A program made the position numbers and the translations under genes. Below, piece by piece: positions 1 through 13,499 of a stretch of DNA of 64,000 nt (positions are counted from its first letter, which is position 1; the number at the start of each line of letters is the position of its first letter). This stretch comes from Monocercomonoides exilis PA203 (taxonomy: Eukaryota; Protista; Preaxostyla). A model generated the notes under the pieces. The model was given only the letters and a program-made list of their open reading frames with translations, ran no database searches and had not been told where the DNA came from. The stretch is from assembly GCA_001643675.2 (NCBI GenBank), contig LSRY02000020.1:558001-622000 (forward strand), read 5' to 3'.

Positions 1-2031
1 CAAGCAAGTCATCCTCATCGCGCCGCTTCTGCTCATTCACAACGACCCTCACTTTGCGCTTTCCAGTGAATGCTTCAAAGGCATTGTCTACAAAAGATTT
101 GCTCTTGTTTTTGGGTTCTTTCCTGCCCAGCCGTGCTTCTTTGAGCTGTGCCTGTGGAAGCTCCAAGTGCTGAATGCCAGCTGAAAGCGGGGCAGACGCG
201 CTGTCTGCTGCTGTGAACAGCTCCGACGATGCAAACGCCGCAGGTGCAGAAGAAGAATCCACCACGTGCTGAGGCGCACAAAGCGCAGACGATAGCATCT
301 TTCCTGTTTTCTGTGTTTTCTGTGCTTTTTGTGTCTTTAGTGTCTTTTGTGTTTTCCGCTGCTTTGCTGCCTTCGCCTCTCCGCACAGGTCGAAGTTGAA
401 GTGCAGCGGGTCGTCTCGCCAAAGCGCAAGCCGTCCTCTTTCCCCGCCCGCAACCAGCGTGCGCGAGTCAAAGGCCACACACAGCAGCGCCCCTGAGGCA
501 TGCGACGGCGGCAGGCGGTGCAGCTCGCGCTGGTCGATGAATGTCGGAGGCGCCGATAGCTGGGTGACGGAGACTGTGTGTGCACTGCCCTTTGGCGGAG
601 TGGACAAGGCAGAGGAAGAGGAGAGCGGTGCAGATGAAGAAGGAGGAGGAGAGGAAACGCTATCTGAATGCACTGGTTCTTCATCATACGGCTGGCTGAT
701 GTCACTTTCATCGTTTTTGCCTGGTTTCGATTTTTTAGTTCCTGATTGATCATTAGATTTTTTCTGCTTCTTGCTTTGCTTTGCCTGCTCTCTGTCATTT
801 TCCACATCCACTTCTGTCTCTCTGGAAACCGCTCTTCTCACCATCCAAGCATCTCTGTCGATGTCGAGCAAGTACGGAGACATAAAAGACCGCAGCTGCC
901 GCCCTGTGCTGGAGTGGAACACCTTCACATTTCCGCGATCCCCACAAGCGACAATCAGATGCTCCTGGACTTGCATCGAGCGGATTCCGTCCAAATGCGC
1001 TGTGAGAGGTGTTGTTTAATAATGATGTTTGCAATTACGGAACAAATACAGAATTTTTTTTAAAAAAAAATAGACTCACATAAAAAGAAGTGCTGCATGA
1101 TATAAAAGAAACACACCGTCAATTTTGTTAACGGTGCATATCCCTTCTTTCCATCGTTTTTGAAGTGCAATTAGATCAAACAATCTTTCTTGAAATGTTC
1201 TAATAACTGGTGTTTCTGGAGTTAATATTCCGAATGGAGAGGAAATCTGAGTAGTTAGAGATGAAAAAGATTCTGCAGTGTTTGCTAGAGGAGGAGTGGT
1301 TGAGACCGATAATGGAAGAGGCGATTGAGAAGAAAAAGAAAGTGTTGGCGAAGTTGGTGGAGAAGACAATGAGTTATTTGATAGGGACAACCTTCGATGG
1401 GGCGCTATTTCTTTCGATGAAATATGCTCTTCATTTCTGTTTTTATCTGTTTGAGTCTTCCAGGATGCGTAAGGAAACAAATCATTGCCCGCATGACGAA
1501 GGGCAAATAAATGTTGATGCAAACAACCTAAACATAGAACATTAAACAATGAAACATTATTTTCTATAACTTTTGAAAAGAATATGCAATAAACACTGAA
1601 GATGTGCATCAAGATTGTCTTGTAGAGCCGTCTCCATCTCAATGTTTGAACCAAGTGAAAAAGCATGTTCTTGGACATTCAAAGGAGAAAAAAAGCGATT
1701 TTCCTTTGGATGAGAAAAAGGCATTGACCATCCAAGAAGGCTCCAACTTCTTTCGATTTGAATTTGCCTTTTATAAAAATGTTTCCAGATACTTTTTGAA
1801 TAGCAATTTTTGAAAAGTTCAAAAGCATAATCAAAATAGGGGGGAAAAAATCTAACCCTGAGTGATGCGAAACATCTCTCCATTTTTTGCATCTAAAACA
1901 AAGTTCAAAATACAGAAATGATGAATATATATCACAAATTATTCAAACACAAGTGCTAGAGAACAAATCACATCCTCTGGAGAAGAATATTTAAAGATCT
2001 CATGAATAACTTCTGGTACAAGTTCATTCAT
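1..2031 (-). CDS. F-box/WD40-repeat protein (multi-exon, 3' end runs off the window)
   Basis: Manual translation: ATG at 2031 gives MNELVPEVIHEIFKYSSPED, then RCKKWRDVS (~1860-1895), an F-box. Linker LQKRWKEGICTVNKID in ORF 1076..1678. The open frame from ~991 to the window edge has WD-like segments AHLDGIRSMQVQEHLIVACGDRGNVKVF and LCVAFDSRTLVAGGERGRLALW. Confidence 0.75.
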
Positions 2032-2803
2032 ATTTGTGCCTTTTCGGCAATAAACTAATAATTAATATTTTAATAATATTATTATATTAAGATCAAGATT
2101 CCAGAGCTCTCTTGTCAGTTATTAAAATGTTTTGATAATCTGAAGAAAAAAATTGTTCATTGAAACGATGCACAAGTTGATTTTTTCAATAAATAACAAA
2201 ATTGAGAAATTGTTGAATTTTCAAAGGAAATGTTTTCTATTGAGTTAATGTTTGTAAGCAAATTCAAATTCTTTTCAATTTTGTGTTTAAAGAGTTCATA
2301 AAAAATCTTCGAAAAATATTTTAATTCAAGATTACAGTTTTCATAGAATTTTATTCTTTTTGGATTTTTTGAAGTGGATTGGTGCAACTTCAGTATAGTA
2401 GCTTATTCAATTACAGAAAAAATTAAATGTTTGAAGTGTGTTTTAATTAAAAAAATGTCTAATGTTAAATACATATTTCAACTCATTTTTCACTCTTTTG
2501 AAACAAATATGAAATCAAATGCATTCATGTTCTCTTTGGTCATTCGCAAATTTCGGGGAAATCCAAAAATGAAAGATGGAAGCATAAATAATCTACCATG
2601 AAACCCTTTGTAAATATGCGAACAGAAACGGCATCAAGAAATTGTGAGTGCATGTTCAAATTTTATTTGAGTCACTTTATTCTGTAAAAGGATTTTTTCA
2701 AGGATCGTATTAAAATGGTCGCTTTCATTATGAATTTTTTTCTTTCAATAATGAAGGATTCCACATTAAAAGGATAATAAATAGATTTTCATCCCATTTC
2801 CGT

Positions 2804-4143
2804 TCAAATAAATTTTGTTTTATTTGCTTCTGTCTCCTCATTGGCTGGCCATCCGAACGGCCTCGGTGAAAATGTAGTGAATGATGGGCTGTTCCTTTGT
2901 GCACTTTGATATCTTGGATATGTTTCTTTGTTTCTCGCAGTCGCTTGTCGTTTGCGGGCTTCTTCTTCCCTTTTTTGATTCATTTCAATTCGCATACGAA
3001 TTGCTCTTTGCATTTCATTTCGCCTTCGAATATCACTTTCACTTGTTTCTTCTTCGAAATCATCTTCTACTGCAGCTCTGTTACGTTGATGTTGGGTTTT
3101 ATGCTTTGTACATGAATAAACGCTGTTTAGCTTTAAAAGAAAAATAAGAAATAATGAAGAAAATATAAAAATTTAGATTTTCAAAAAAAAAAAAAAAATT
3201 AAAAATTTTGGAAGTTTCATTATATTTGAGAAATGAAATAATTGTTTTTCTTCAAACCATCTGTAATAATAAATATACACCACTAACTCCAATAGTGCTA
3301 ATCACAGGAAACAAATCAACTGCAGTACTATGCCAAATTTGATGCTTTGCCAAGAAAGAAGCAAGTCTGAATAAATAACTAATTAATTTTCCTTTAGAAT
3401 CAATTCTTCTATAGATTTGATTGCGGAAAAGAAACGAGGATGTTGAAACGCTAATAAATCTTTCGGGAATCACAAAAATCATATATAGGATGCTGGCTAT
3501 TACAGTTGTCATTATAAACCTTAAAAATTAAAACAACAAAATCGTTCAGTTAATACATTTATTTTCTTTGATACATTGAGCAAACAATTTCAATTCTGAA
3601 CGATGATTTCGCTTTCCTGCGAAAGAAAGAATATGCATAGGAAGACATACAATAAAATATGCTTCGAGTAGCATTAAATAAATGTCATTTCGAGGGTGTT
3701 TTCTTGAAATATCTGGAAAAAAGTTAATAGCCTTCCTCAGAGAAGACATAATTGTGCAGACAACAAATGGAATTCGAAATTCTGTATAATTCAAATAACG
3801 TTTCCATTTTTTTGGAATTATTGAAACTAAAAAGCTGAACAAAAATGCATTCAGAAAAACTGTTGGATTGTCGATCCAGTCTACAAACATTTGAATAAAC
3901 AATTAACAGGAATATAAATCTTTATTTTCATTTATTCAAGCCTGGAGTATCATGAAATATAATTGTTGAAGCTAGAGTTGAACCAATATTTGTTAATAAT
4001 AACACTTCAAATGCATCTGCAATGATTCCGATATGAGAATCCAAGCTGAGAAGGTAATAAAAAGTTATTGCACATCCAAAAAATTTTGAGTTGAAATTAA
4101 TCCTATTGCATAATCTTGACAAATTAAGTAAAATTGAATTCAT
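2804..4143 (-). CDS. multi-pass membrane protein, possibly divergent TRIC (TMEM38) channel-like; 4 exons
   Basis: ORFs 3928..4212, 3546..3902, 3252..3512 and 2804..3013 appear to be successive exons (last junction checked: ATG|gtttga...ttttaaag|CTA in phase). Several hydrophobic helices plus a charged C-tail. Spacing of N..FL.AF....L...P...RIPFV......RKA...HP resembles TRIC by eye only. Confidence 0.55.
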
Positions 4144-4536
4144 TGTTCTTTCACTAAATTTGTGATGGGTTAGAAAATGATTCTTTATAAATATAAAAAC
4201 AGTTATATTCAATATAATAAATAATCACTAAATTTCGAATTGTCATAATTTATATCTAAAATATTTTTTACTCTTTTCCCTTTTTTATTTTTGATGACTT
4301 TCAATGTGAAATTTCATCTTATAAATCATGAATATTTATTTGAAAATTATAATAATATTTTGAATAAGACCTGTTCAACATGACTTTCAATTTTTAACGC
4401 TATTTGTCTTCAAAAAATAAAAATCAAAATTAAACTAATATAAAGATACAAATGAATGTTTGTTTTCCACTTTGTGAAATGATGAAAAGAGAAAAACTTA
4501 ATATTTGAGTTACAAAATTCTTTTTATAATACTTCA

Positions 4537-5991
4537 TCACAAGTTCATAAAATAATCAGAAAATTTAAACGATATACCACAAAAATAATTCTTTCTGAGA
4601 AGAGAAAATGGATTGTGAAAACTTGTGATAGCATCTTCATATCCTTCTTCTTCCATCTTTTCAAATATCTCCATTTTCGCTGACTTTCTTTTCGCTTCTT
4701 CCTTTTCATCATCTGTCTTTTCTTTCAATCTTTCTGAAATAGTCAAAAAGAAATGCAAACAATTCCACACAGTAAATTGTTCCAAAGTTGATCGTTTCAT
4801 TTCCTCTGAAAACAGATCTACAACACCTTCCTTCAACAAAACATCAGCTTTCACATCTATCTCTTCCGCTGCATCTTTCAAGGAATGAGCGCACAAGAAG
4901 CTAATATGTTTGTAATTATCCATTGCTGATTGAAATAACTGAGCAATGAAACCTCGAAGCTCAGTAGATTCTTTATTCCAACGTAAACATTTAAAAAAAG
5001 AAATACTTCAACGTTCTGATCCATCTCATCAAATAATGATCTTCTTTTGTTTCTTTTCAACTTTCCTCTTCTTTCTTCTTCCAATCAACTCTTCTTGTCA
5101 ACTCTTCCAGTTCTCTCGCTGCCTCTCTACCAAAATGTTGTTCATTCTTAATCACCCCTGAAAAATCGATGCCTTCGTAATATCTACACATCAAAAATTT
5201 CCAAGCAGATTGATAGGCGAGTTGCATCAAATCACGATGCTCCTGATGATATTTGATGATTTCTTTGATTTCATTCAAATACTGTTCTTGTTTAACTTTT
5301 TAAAAAAAATAGAAAAAAATACTCAATTATATCATAAAGGAAATGAAAATGTTCATGCAAAATATTGGCTAATGAAACTCAAAGCCAACAATGCTATTTC
5401 CAATTCTTTTTGTACTTCTTCGTTTTGCTCCTTCTTCAAGGCAACTGCTAGAAGGCAAGGCACGCAAATTGAATCCATTTCAGATGAAAACCATCTGTTC
5501 AACAACAAATAGCATTCGCAGATATCCGTAAGAATTATTTCGTTCATTTCCTTTTTCTTCTCATTTTCATCAACCATCACCTCTCTCATTCTTTCACGCA
5601 GCAATGAATTATCAAAAGAAAAAAGAGAAAATCCTTTCAATGCTTTGCAATACCCGACGTGCTTCAAAAGCAAAATTGCATTTCACCATGACAATGTCTT
5701 TTCTTCAATCATTTTGCCGATTGTATCGAACAGTTCTTCTGTGAAAACTGATGTGAATTCCTTTCTATTCATTTCATTGATCATTTCATTCATTTCCTCA
5801 ATTTTCTGTTTTTTCTCATCTTCTCTGCAACGCTCAAGTTCATTGAACAATTCTGTAAATGGAATGAAAAAAAAATCAAAAATTATGTTCAAAATTGTTT
5901 AATCCAAATAAAAGAACAAACTCGTAAACTGCTCGGTTTTGGTCATAGCTTGAACTCCTTTTTCACATTTATCATCATTTGACAAATACAT
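4537..5991 (-). pseudogene. disrupted copy of an expanded helical-repeat family typical of Monocercomonoides
   Basis: Motifs FTELFNELERCREDEKKQKIEEMN, LLKHVGYCKAL, VPCLLAVALKKEQNEEVQKE, QLAYQSAWKFL, EEEGYEDAI. In-frame TGA at 5683-5685 (TLSW*NAILL) and frame changes among ORFs 5057..5278, 4878..5084 and 4537..4923. Confidence 0.7.
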
Positions 5992-6507
5992 TCTGTTTGT
6001 TCCAAAAAATATTCAAAATTAGGGGCAAAGCTTGGATAATAACAAAATTAAAGATAAATACACACATCGTCGATTATCTTTCAGTCTAAAAATGATCACA
6101 ATTCAAACTGTTTAATTTTTGCTTAATAAAAAAAGGGCTAAACAGAGTGCAAAGAAACCTCAAGCATTGGTTGTATAAGGCAAAAATGGAAATTTTTTGT
6201 TTCTTTTTGATCCAACCAACAGTTTATTTTTGAATGGCAATTTGAAAAAATCGTTTTTCCTTTTGAACGATATTTTTTTTGATAATGTGGCATATGCACA
6301 CTTAACAGCAATTTCTAATTCTTGCATATTTCGATTGTTTATTGTTTATTAACATCATCTGTGATGTTTTGAGTTGTTAAAAACATGCGGAAGTTCATTA
6401 AAATAAAAATTTAATTTTTCAATAATAATGAAAATGGGTCAAAATTTTTTCAAAAAATTTAAAAAAAAACATTATAAAAAATCAAAATAAATTAAAAAAG
6501 TTTATCT

Positions 6508-7582
6508 TTATGAGTTTTCTGAATACTCAGAGGCAGATAAACCATCGCCTGGGTCAATATTATCGGTTTCACTTGTTTCGCTGTCATTGGAAATAATCAA
6601 ATCATCAAAATCAGGTATTTCTTCTTCATTTTCTTCTGTCTCTTCATCTTCTTCAGCTTCTTCTATTTTCTTTTCTTTGTAGAAAATAATTTTAGATACA
6701 AATTCTTCAAATCTCACAATCTTTCTTTTATTAATCATCCAATAAGCAAGTTGATCAGCAACATATTTTTTCTCGAATTCCGTGGGGAGGAAAAAATCTT
6801 CTCATATGGCTCCATAATCCTTCGGTTGTATTTGTGCATGCGTGAGTTTCTTCATCAAAAAATTTTCTCTTATGGCACACTGTTAGATAATTGTATCCTA
6901 TACGAGAAAGAGATGAGTATGCCTTCTATTCATCTGACATTATTGTTGAATGAGGTAGAATGTGCTTTTGAATGATAGGAATCAACGTCGAAGCAGAACG
7001 ATCTGGTACAATCATAACAAAAAAATTCCTTGTTTCATCCATTTTATCATTCTTTCGCTCCACTGCACCAAAGACCCACATTTCTTTCTTTCTTCTTCCT
7101 CTATGATATTTTCTTCTCCTCAAAACACATTCATCTATCTCTACAATAATGTTTTCGCCTCCAAGAATAGACTCATTCTGATTTATGATGTCCATCGCGC
7201 AACATCTTATAACAGATGACCAATATGCAACAGAGTTCCTATGTATCCCCAACATTTCCGAGCAAAATTTCACACTTGCACCGTTCCAAATAAATAGGAT
7301 AATTAACAAAATCACATTTATTGGTATCCTGCTTCGAAAAAATGATGTATTCTTGTATGCTGATTGTCTATTGCTGCATTTCCTGCAAACCCACATCATC
7401 CTGCCATAGTAACGCCGCAAATCCATTTCAATTCTGTGCCTTCTGCATTTTGGCTTGTTTTTGATAATTTTCCTAAATATCCATTTTTCAGATTTCTCCG
7501 AATTGAGAAACAATCTGAATAATTTATTTGTTATTCTTCCTGGAATTGCAAGTGAATAGTCTGAATAAGACACTTCTTCCAT
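6508..7582 (-). pseudogene. Merlin/ISXO2-like DDE transposase, inactivated
   Basis: Zn-ribbon-like cysteines (CRRH..CRKC), HTH-like region, VEIDE, RRKYHRGR, WVFGAVER, VPDRSASTLIPIIQKHI, SDE*KAY (TAG where W is expected). After a frameshift the frame reads HTNTTEGLWSHMRR and continues into acidic ORF 6508..6738. Confidence 0.88.
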
Positions 7583-7765
7583 AAAATTTTTGATTTATGA
7601 ATGATCAAAAATCCCATAAATATGTGAAAACGACAGATTTCAAAAATCAAAAAATCATGGTTTCCGCACATATTCAGTTCATGACATAAACACTAAATTA
7701 AGCCTGGTTGACGGATTGAAAAATAGACGGTTACGTCAGTCAACTGAATTTTTTCACATCAATTT

Positions 7766-7766
<1 letters not shown>

Positions 7767-7798
<32 letters not shown>
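7767..7798 (+). repeat. T32 homopolymer
   Basis: 32 consecutive T. Confidence 0.95.
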
Positions 7799-7799
7799 C

Positions 7800-10500
7800 T
7801 CTTGATTTTTGAGGCAATAAACATGTATTTTTTTTGAATACAATTGTATGGCTATTTTCAACAATGATTAGTAATGAATTTCATTTTTCCATTAAAGAAA
7901 GAACACTAAACCATAATTCTTATAACGCTCAATATGAGAAAAATAATTTTGCAATTTCACGCTTGCAATATATGAAGGCTGATTGGTTTGCATAGAATTG
8001 TATTTGCCGATTATCAATAAATGTTTTTCTTTTTGTGAACCAGTGGAAATTTTCGAAAATAAACAAATAGTGGAATATCTTATTATCCTTGATGAATATC
8101 GAGTTTGTTCAACGAATTCATAAAGAAAGTCCACAGGAAGAAGAGACGTTAAAGTGAAAATGGAGAATCAGATGATGAAACATTCGAAAACAGAAGGAAT
8201 AATGAATTTTTATTGGAGGGAAACAGTTGCCAACGGAATATAAAGCAGAAAATTGCTTATAAAAATGTTTAGAAGGTTTGTTGTTGTTATTTATCTTGAA
8301 GTGATTAATTTTTTCCCCTTCAGGCTATTGAAAGAATGAGTGATTTGCTGGCTTTGAAGAAGAAGAAGAAAAGTTTTGAAGGAAAAATAAAGACAGACAG
8401 ATGAAATGCGAGATATTATGAAGATGCCTGACATTGGGCTTTGGCGAAGAATTATTTTTGAGGAAAGATGATTTTTTGTGAAAGAAGGGGAATCGAAAGA
8501 AGAAGAGATTGAATGAAAAAGGGATTCACATATGTTTCCTATTTTTTATTGGCGATGGGAGATAATTGAGCTGAAAGTGAAAAAGTATTCAGATGTTTCT
8601 CCTCTGCAGAAAAAGATACAGAAGAAGAGAATTTCAATGAATTTCAACTTTGATATTTATTGGATCTCATCTTCTCAATTTTCAACAATAAATCGTCTCA
8701 TTCAACACCTTCAAAATCTTCATCAAATTATCAACAACATTTCACACGCTTCTTCTTCTTCTTCTTCATTCACATCATCTGAATGAATTTCTTCACATTT
8801 GATATCTGTATCAGAGATAAAGACAAAAAATGAAATGGAAACGAAGAAATATATTGATGAAGGAAAAAATTACAAATAAAAATTAGAATTAGAAGGTGAA
8901 AGAAGAGAAGAAAGAGAATGAAGAGCACTGTTTCCTGGGGGACTTTGAAAGGAAATGGAATCGAGAAGATGGAGGAGGGTTTTTAGAATGAAATAAAGAA
9001 GATGATAATGAATACGAAGATGAAGAAGAACATGAAGCTGGTTGAGAGCCAGCCACACACTGCGAAAGGTCCTTAACAGAGCAAAAAGAAGAGCAATGCT
9101 GCCAGGGAAACTCAAACGAGATAGGAGGAGCTAAGTCCATGCCACATGACTCAGAAAACCGCTTTGTATCTCTTTCAACTACCTTCTGTCTTCGGTAGCT
9201 TGTTGTTTCAACATGGAACAATGAATGACTTTTATGCTTATGTGAGTGTATGCTTCATTGTTTCTTGCACAATCTTCACAATCCTTTCAAATGGCAAATG
9301 AATGTACGACCTCTTCTTCTCCTTCTCCTTCTCCTTCTCTTTCCCTCTCTGCATCATCCATTCCAGCTTCTCCTTCTTCGCCTCACTTTTCTCCATTCTT
9401 CATTCACTCTCTCAGCTGAATGTGCTCAAACGGATTAAAACCACAACAGAAGACAAGTGCATAAAGGGCAAAAAGCAACGAGAAAGCGAGCAACAAAAGA
9501 ATTTGGAAGAGAAAATTACACATACGAAGAGGAATACGAAGAAGAAGGGAAAGAGGAGGTGGAAGAGCTGGTTGTTTGTGGGAAAGCATCAGGAAAGAGA
9601 TGGGAATGAGCACAAGGCGAGCCAACAACCGACGAATTGGACGAAGAAGCCAATGGAGATATGGAATTATATTTGGAGAGAGAAGGCGACAGATCTGAAA
9701 TAGCAGAAGAAGAGAAAGAAAAAGACATGTAAAAGGGCGAAGAGGCAGAGAAAAGAGGATAAGATTCATTAGAATTCCTGTTTTGAACAATGTCATCTAT
9801 TGGATTGGAAGCATTGAAGAATAGAGAAGAGCCAAGGCTTGACAGATCAGAGCTGCATTTTGCGAGTGTGTCGCGGCCGATCCAAAAGGCAGCTGAAACG
9901 CACCGCTTTGGAATTCGACTGATGAACTGAGAAGAAATGAAATGGAAGAGGAAAAAGATGAAGAAGAAGACGATGATAATGATGGAGATGACACTTTATC
10001 ACTTGAGCCATTCTGTTGTTTCATTTCTTCTTTTTCTTCAACACCTTCTTCTTCATCTCTTGTTGTGCTTTCATCCATTCCAATGGGAATGATGTCTGAC
10101 GTGATGAGTGCTGCCCTCAAAAGCGACAGGCCGTCTTTGCCGAGAAAGAAGCAGTCGTCGATGGTGAACAGCACAGCCTCTTTCGGTTGATCGCAGGAAA
10201 CGAGATGGGTGACTGGCTGTGTGATGAGGGGAAACATAGCAATTATCGGTTGAGTGGGTGTGGGAAAGGGCAATAGCTCCGTTGGGGAAGAAGAAAGTTA
10301 AAAAGAAGAAGATGGTGAAGTAGGAAAAGATGCTGAAACAGAATAGGAAATATCTGTGAAGCATTAACATAAAATTGAAAAATCAACAAACAATAACGGA
10401 ATTTAGAAAGTGAAAAGATATTCACAAAGATGTGTTAAAGACAGAATGCATGACAAAGAAGATATGTTGAAAGCTACAAAAGCACTTCGAACATAATCAA
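7800..10500. pseudogene. fragmented coding-like cargo inside the hAT element
   Basis: Several broken Ser/Glu-rich ORFs (e.g. 9797..10273, 9404..9796, 8889..9221 minus strand) unrelated to the transposase and separated by stops and frameshifts. Confidence 0.45.
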
Positions 10501-10786
10501 AGAAAAGAAGTGAGATTTTATTGAAAAGAGCAAGAAACATAACACATATTCTCCTTCTCGTTCCATTCCATCACGAATATTGCTTTCAGTTTCCTCATTC
10601 AGATGTTCTTCTTTTTATTTGCTCATTGATATTAACGCTTCACAAGAACGATTTTAAATATGCAGTATATTCATGAAAATATTGATTGATATTTTTATGA
10701 AAATCAAAAAAGAAAATAGATGTTTTATTGTTTTTTTAAAGAATTTATTGAAAGTCTTGTGAAATGAAAATACTTTTGTGAAAATG

Positions 10787-13499
10787 CTAAATAGTCAAAA
10801 GAGCATTTAAAGCTTCAAATGATAGGGAATGCCTTCTGTCACCAGAGATCCTTATCATCCTTGAAAAGATACGTTCGCAGCTTGCTTCGCTGCATGGAGA
10901 CGAAACTAATGAAAAACAGATGTTTGAGTATATTGTTTGAACAGGTCCTTTCTTTGTGATCTCTGAGTAGAACTTTTGTATATCGTCTTCATATATGAAG
11001 CTTGGTGCTTCATTCAAAAAATCCAGAAACAGTTTGAAACATAAATCCTTGATCTCTTTCGATTGATTTGATAAAACCGTTGTCACATATCTTTCAAAAC
11101 TTTGTTTAATTCGTGTATCCCAGCAAGATGATATGGAACACACCACTTGATCACAAACTTCTTTCTCTTTTTCTGGTTCCAGACGGGAAATCAAACAAAT
11201 CTTCTGGTTTGAAAACAGCACCTCCACATCATCTGTGCCATATTCTATTTCATCTGTTCTATCTTCCATTGAATCTTCAAGTGAGTCATGAGAATTATCT
11301 TCGAAAATAAGCGTTTGAGAAGATGTCAAGCATGTTGAAGAAAAACATTCAGAAGAAGAAGAGCAGGAGGAAGCAGCTGAATGAATTGAAGAAGACTCAT
11401 TCATGGTTTCATCTTTTTTCTTTTCGCTTTGTTTGAAGGATCCGGTAATAATAAATTCATCATCTTACGAATAATCTTAAGCCATGCATAAGCCAAACAA
11501 GTCCTCTTCACTAGACTCCGTTTCACTTTCGTCACTTTTGCTTTCCTTTCTTGAAGCTTCAATATTTTCAAATTCTGAACGCTTGAAATTGGGAACCATG
11601 ATGATCATGCTGCGAATTACTTCTTCAATTTCTTTTGATTGATAACCTTCATCTTCCTCGATGTCATTTCTTATCAACTTTGTCATAGGAGCACAATTGT
11701 CCTTTATTTTATGTTGTTTATGTGACACATAGTTCAATGCTTCAAAAAAACAGTCATTTGTTAGAGAATAACAAACTGATAGATGTGGTTGTTCTGAAAG
11801 AGTTTGAGATGAAGGATTTGAAGCGCAAATGATAGGTGAATGTGTGAATGATGAATATTCCGAAGTTGAAGAGGATTGTTGAAATGAGATTAATTGCTTT
11901 GGCTCTGAATTCAACGGTGTGCAAGAAATAGATTTTTCTGCTTCAAAAAAAAAAATTGAAAATTTATTTCGAATGAAATTTTGAAGTCCTGTTGGAGACA
12001 ACACATACGATAACGATATAAATTCACCAGTGTTCCCGGTTAACATGTAATTATGAAATATTATTATAAAATTAACGAAAACATTTTTCCATTCTGTTTC
12101 TTTAATAAACGAAAGATTTTTGATTCCATATAGCAAACCGAATGCATTCAGCACCTTTGGAAAGACATTTCCCATCTTTGTTTTTTCATTTTCCATTTCT
12201 AAATGTAATTTTTGAATTGGAAAAAGGAGAAGTTCTGTGATCATAATGTTTCTTATTTGATCGAATTGTAACAATTTTTCGAAAAATATCTTTTCTCGGT
12301 TTTTTCTTATAAAGTAACAAATAGAATACAAGCACAGCCATCTCGTTTGAATAAATGTCGGACATTTCCGTTTCAAGGATTTTTTCCCAGAAGAAGTGCG
12401 GGCATTTTTTGCAAATTCTGTAATAATTGTTTTCTGGTTCTTCAGAAAAGGGATTTCAGAAAACGCGTGCACAACAACCAAATTCAGCAAATTATTCATA
12501 CAGTAAACGAAAAATGGAGCAGCCTTTAAATTTTCTATAAGTAACTTTTCATTATCTTCCATTGGAATTGTTATATTTTCAATTGCTTTTTTTTGCGGAC
12601 TTAACCCATCCGAACAGAAACAGCGAACATGAGCATTGATTAGTGCTAGTTCCCGAATTACTGTCCAAGCTCGTTTTCTGTACTGCATAGCATTGTTGCA
12701 GTATGGATATGCTTTCCAAAACACTGATGATGCATTTGGTACCAATGGAGCTATCGTCACAACTGTGCACTTCTGATTTCCCACAACACCTGAATCCATC
12801 ATAACGCACACTCCCATTCCCCTCAGTGCTGCGTCACGCTTCTGTTTTGCAAATTCACTGTCCTCAATAACCATTCTTCGTATTTTCTTTCTTGTGAGAA
12901 ATGGGAAAATGTTTGACGGAGACAGTCCTGGATTCATTTGAGATAAATGAATTAAGGCTGTGATAAAATTATTAAATTCTTTTGAAGACGCTGATAAGAA
13001 AGATATGTTGCAATGGCTTATTATTTTCGTAAATAAAGTCTGAAAATTGGTGGATATGCTCTGACTCAGTGTTCTTTCTTTTCTCTCCATCATACGATCG
13101 ATTTTTTGTGGAGCTTTCTGCCCTCTGAAAGAAAAAATAATGCGATTTTCTAATATGTGACAATGATGATTTCTTATTGCAACGTAACTGCGACGACCAC
13201 TTGTTCCACATATTTCATTTCCCCGAACATTTGGGCATAAATATTGTTTATGATATTCTTTTGTTGGAGAGCCATCAATGTTTGAAGGAAAAAATGATAT
13301 CCATATTTGATTATTGATGAACTCTAAAGATATTCTTGTTAAATATTCATTGTTTTTCTTTGGGTGCTTGTAAACTTTTTTCAATAATCAAAGCAAAAAA
13401 ATATTAAAAATTTTGTTACATCACACTTGCTCCTTTTTCATATGATCCCACTTGTTCTAGTTTAAGAAAACAGCATCCGTGATTGTTCAATTCTTCCAT
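10787..13499 (-). CDS. hAT transposase (probably spliced; possibly defective)
   Basis: ORF 11477..13384: VMMDSG, FCSDG, CMNNLLNLVV (CxxH position), TRWLCLY. ORF 10787..11404, same frame: hAT C-terminal dimerisation motif PCSEASCERIFSRM..GDRRHSLS. Putative first exon from ATG 13499. Confidence 0.85.

Noticed and set aside
6926-11479. In-frame TAG/TAA as evidence of stop-codon reassignment (TAR=Gln, as in some oxymonads)
   Set aside because: Multi-kb ORFs contain no internal TAR, and TAA/TAG terminate conserved genes (RBBP4, CK1). The Merlin TAG sits at a Trp position alongside a frameshift.
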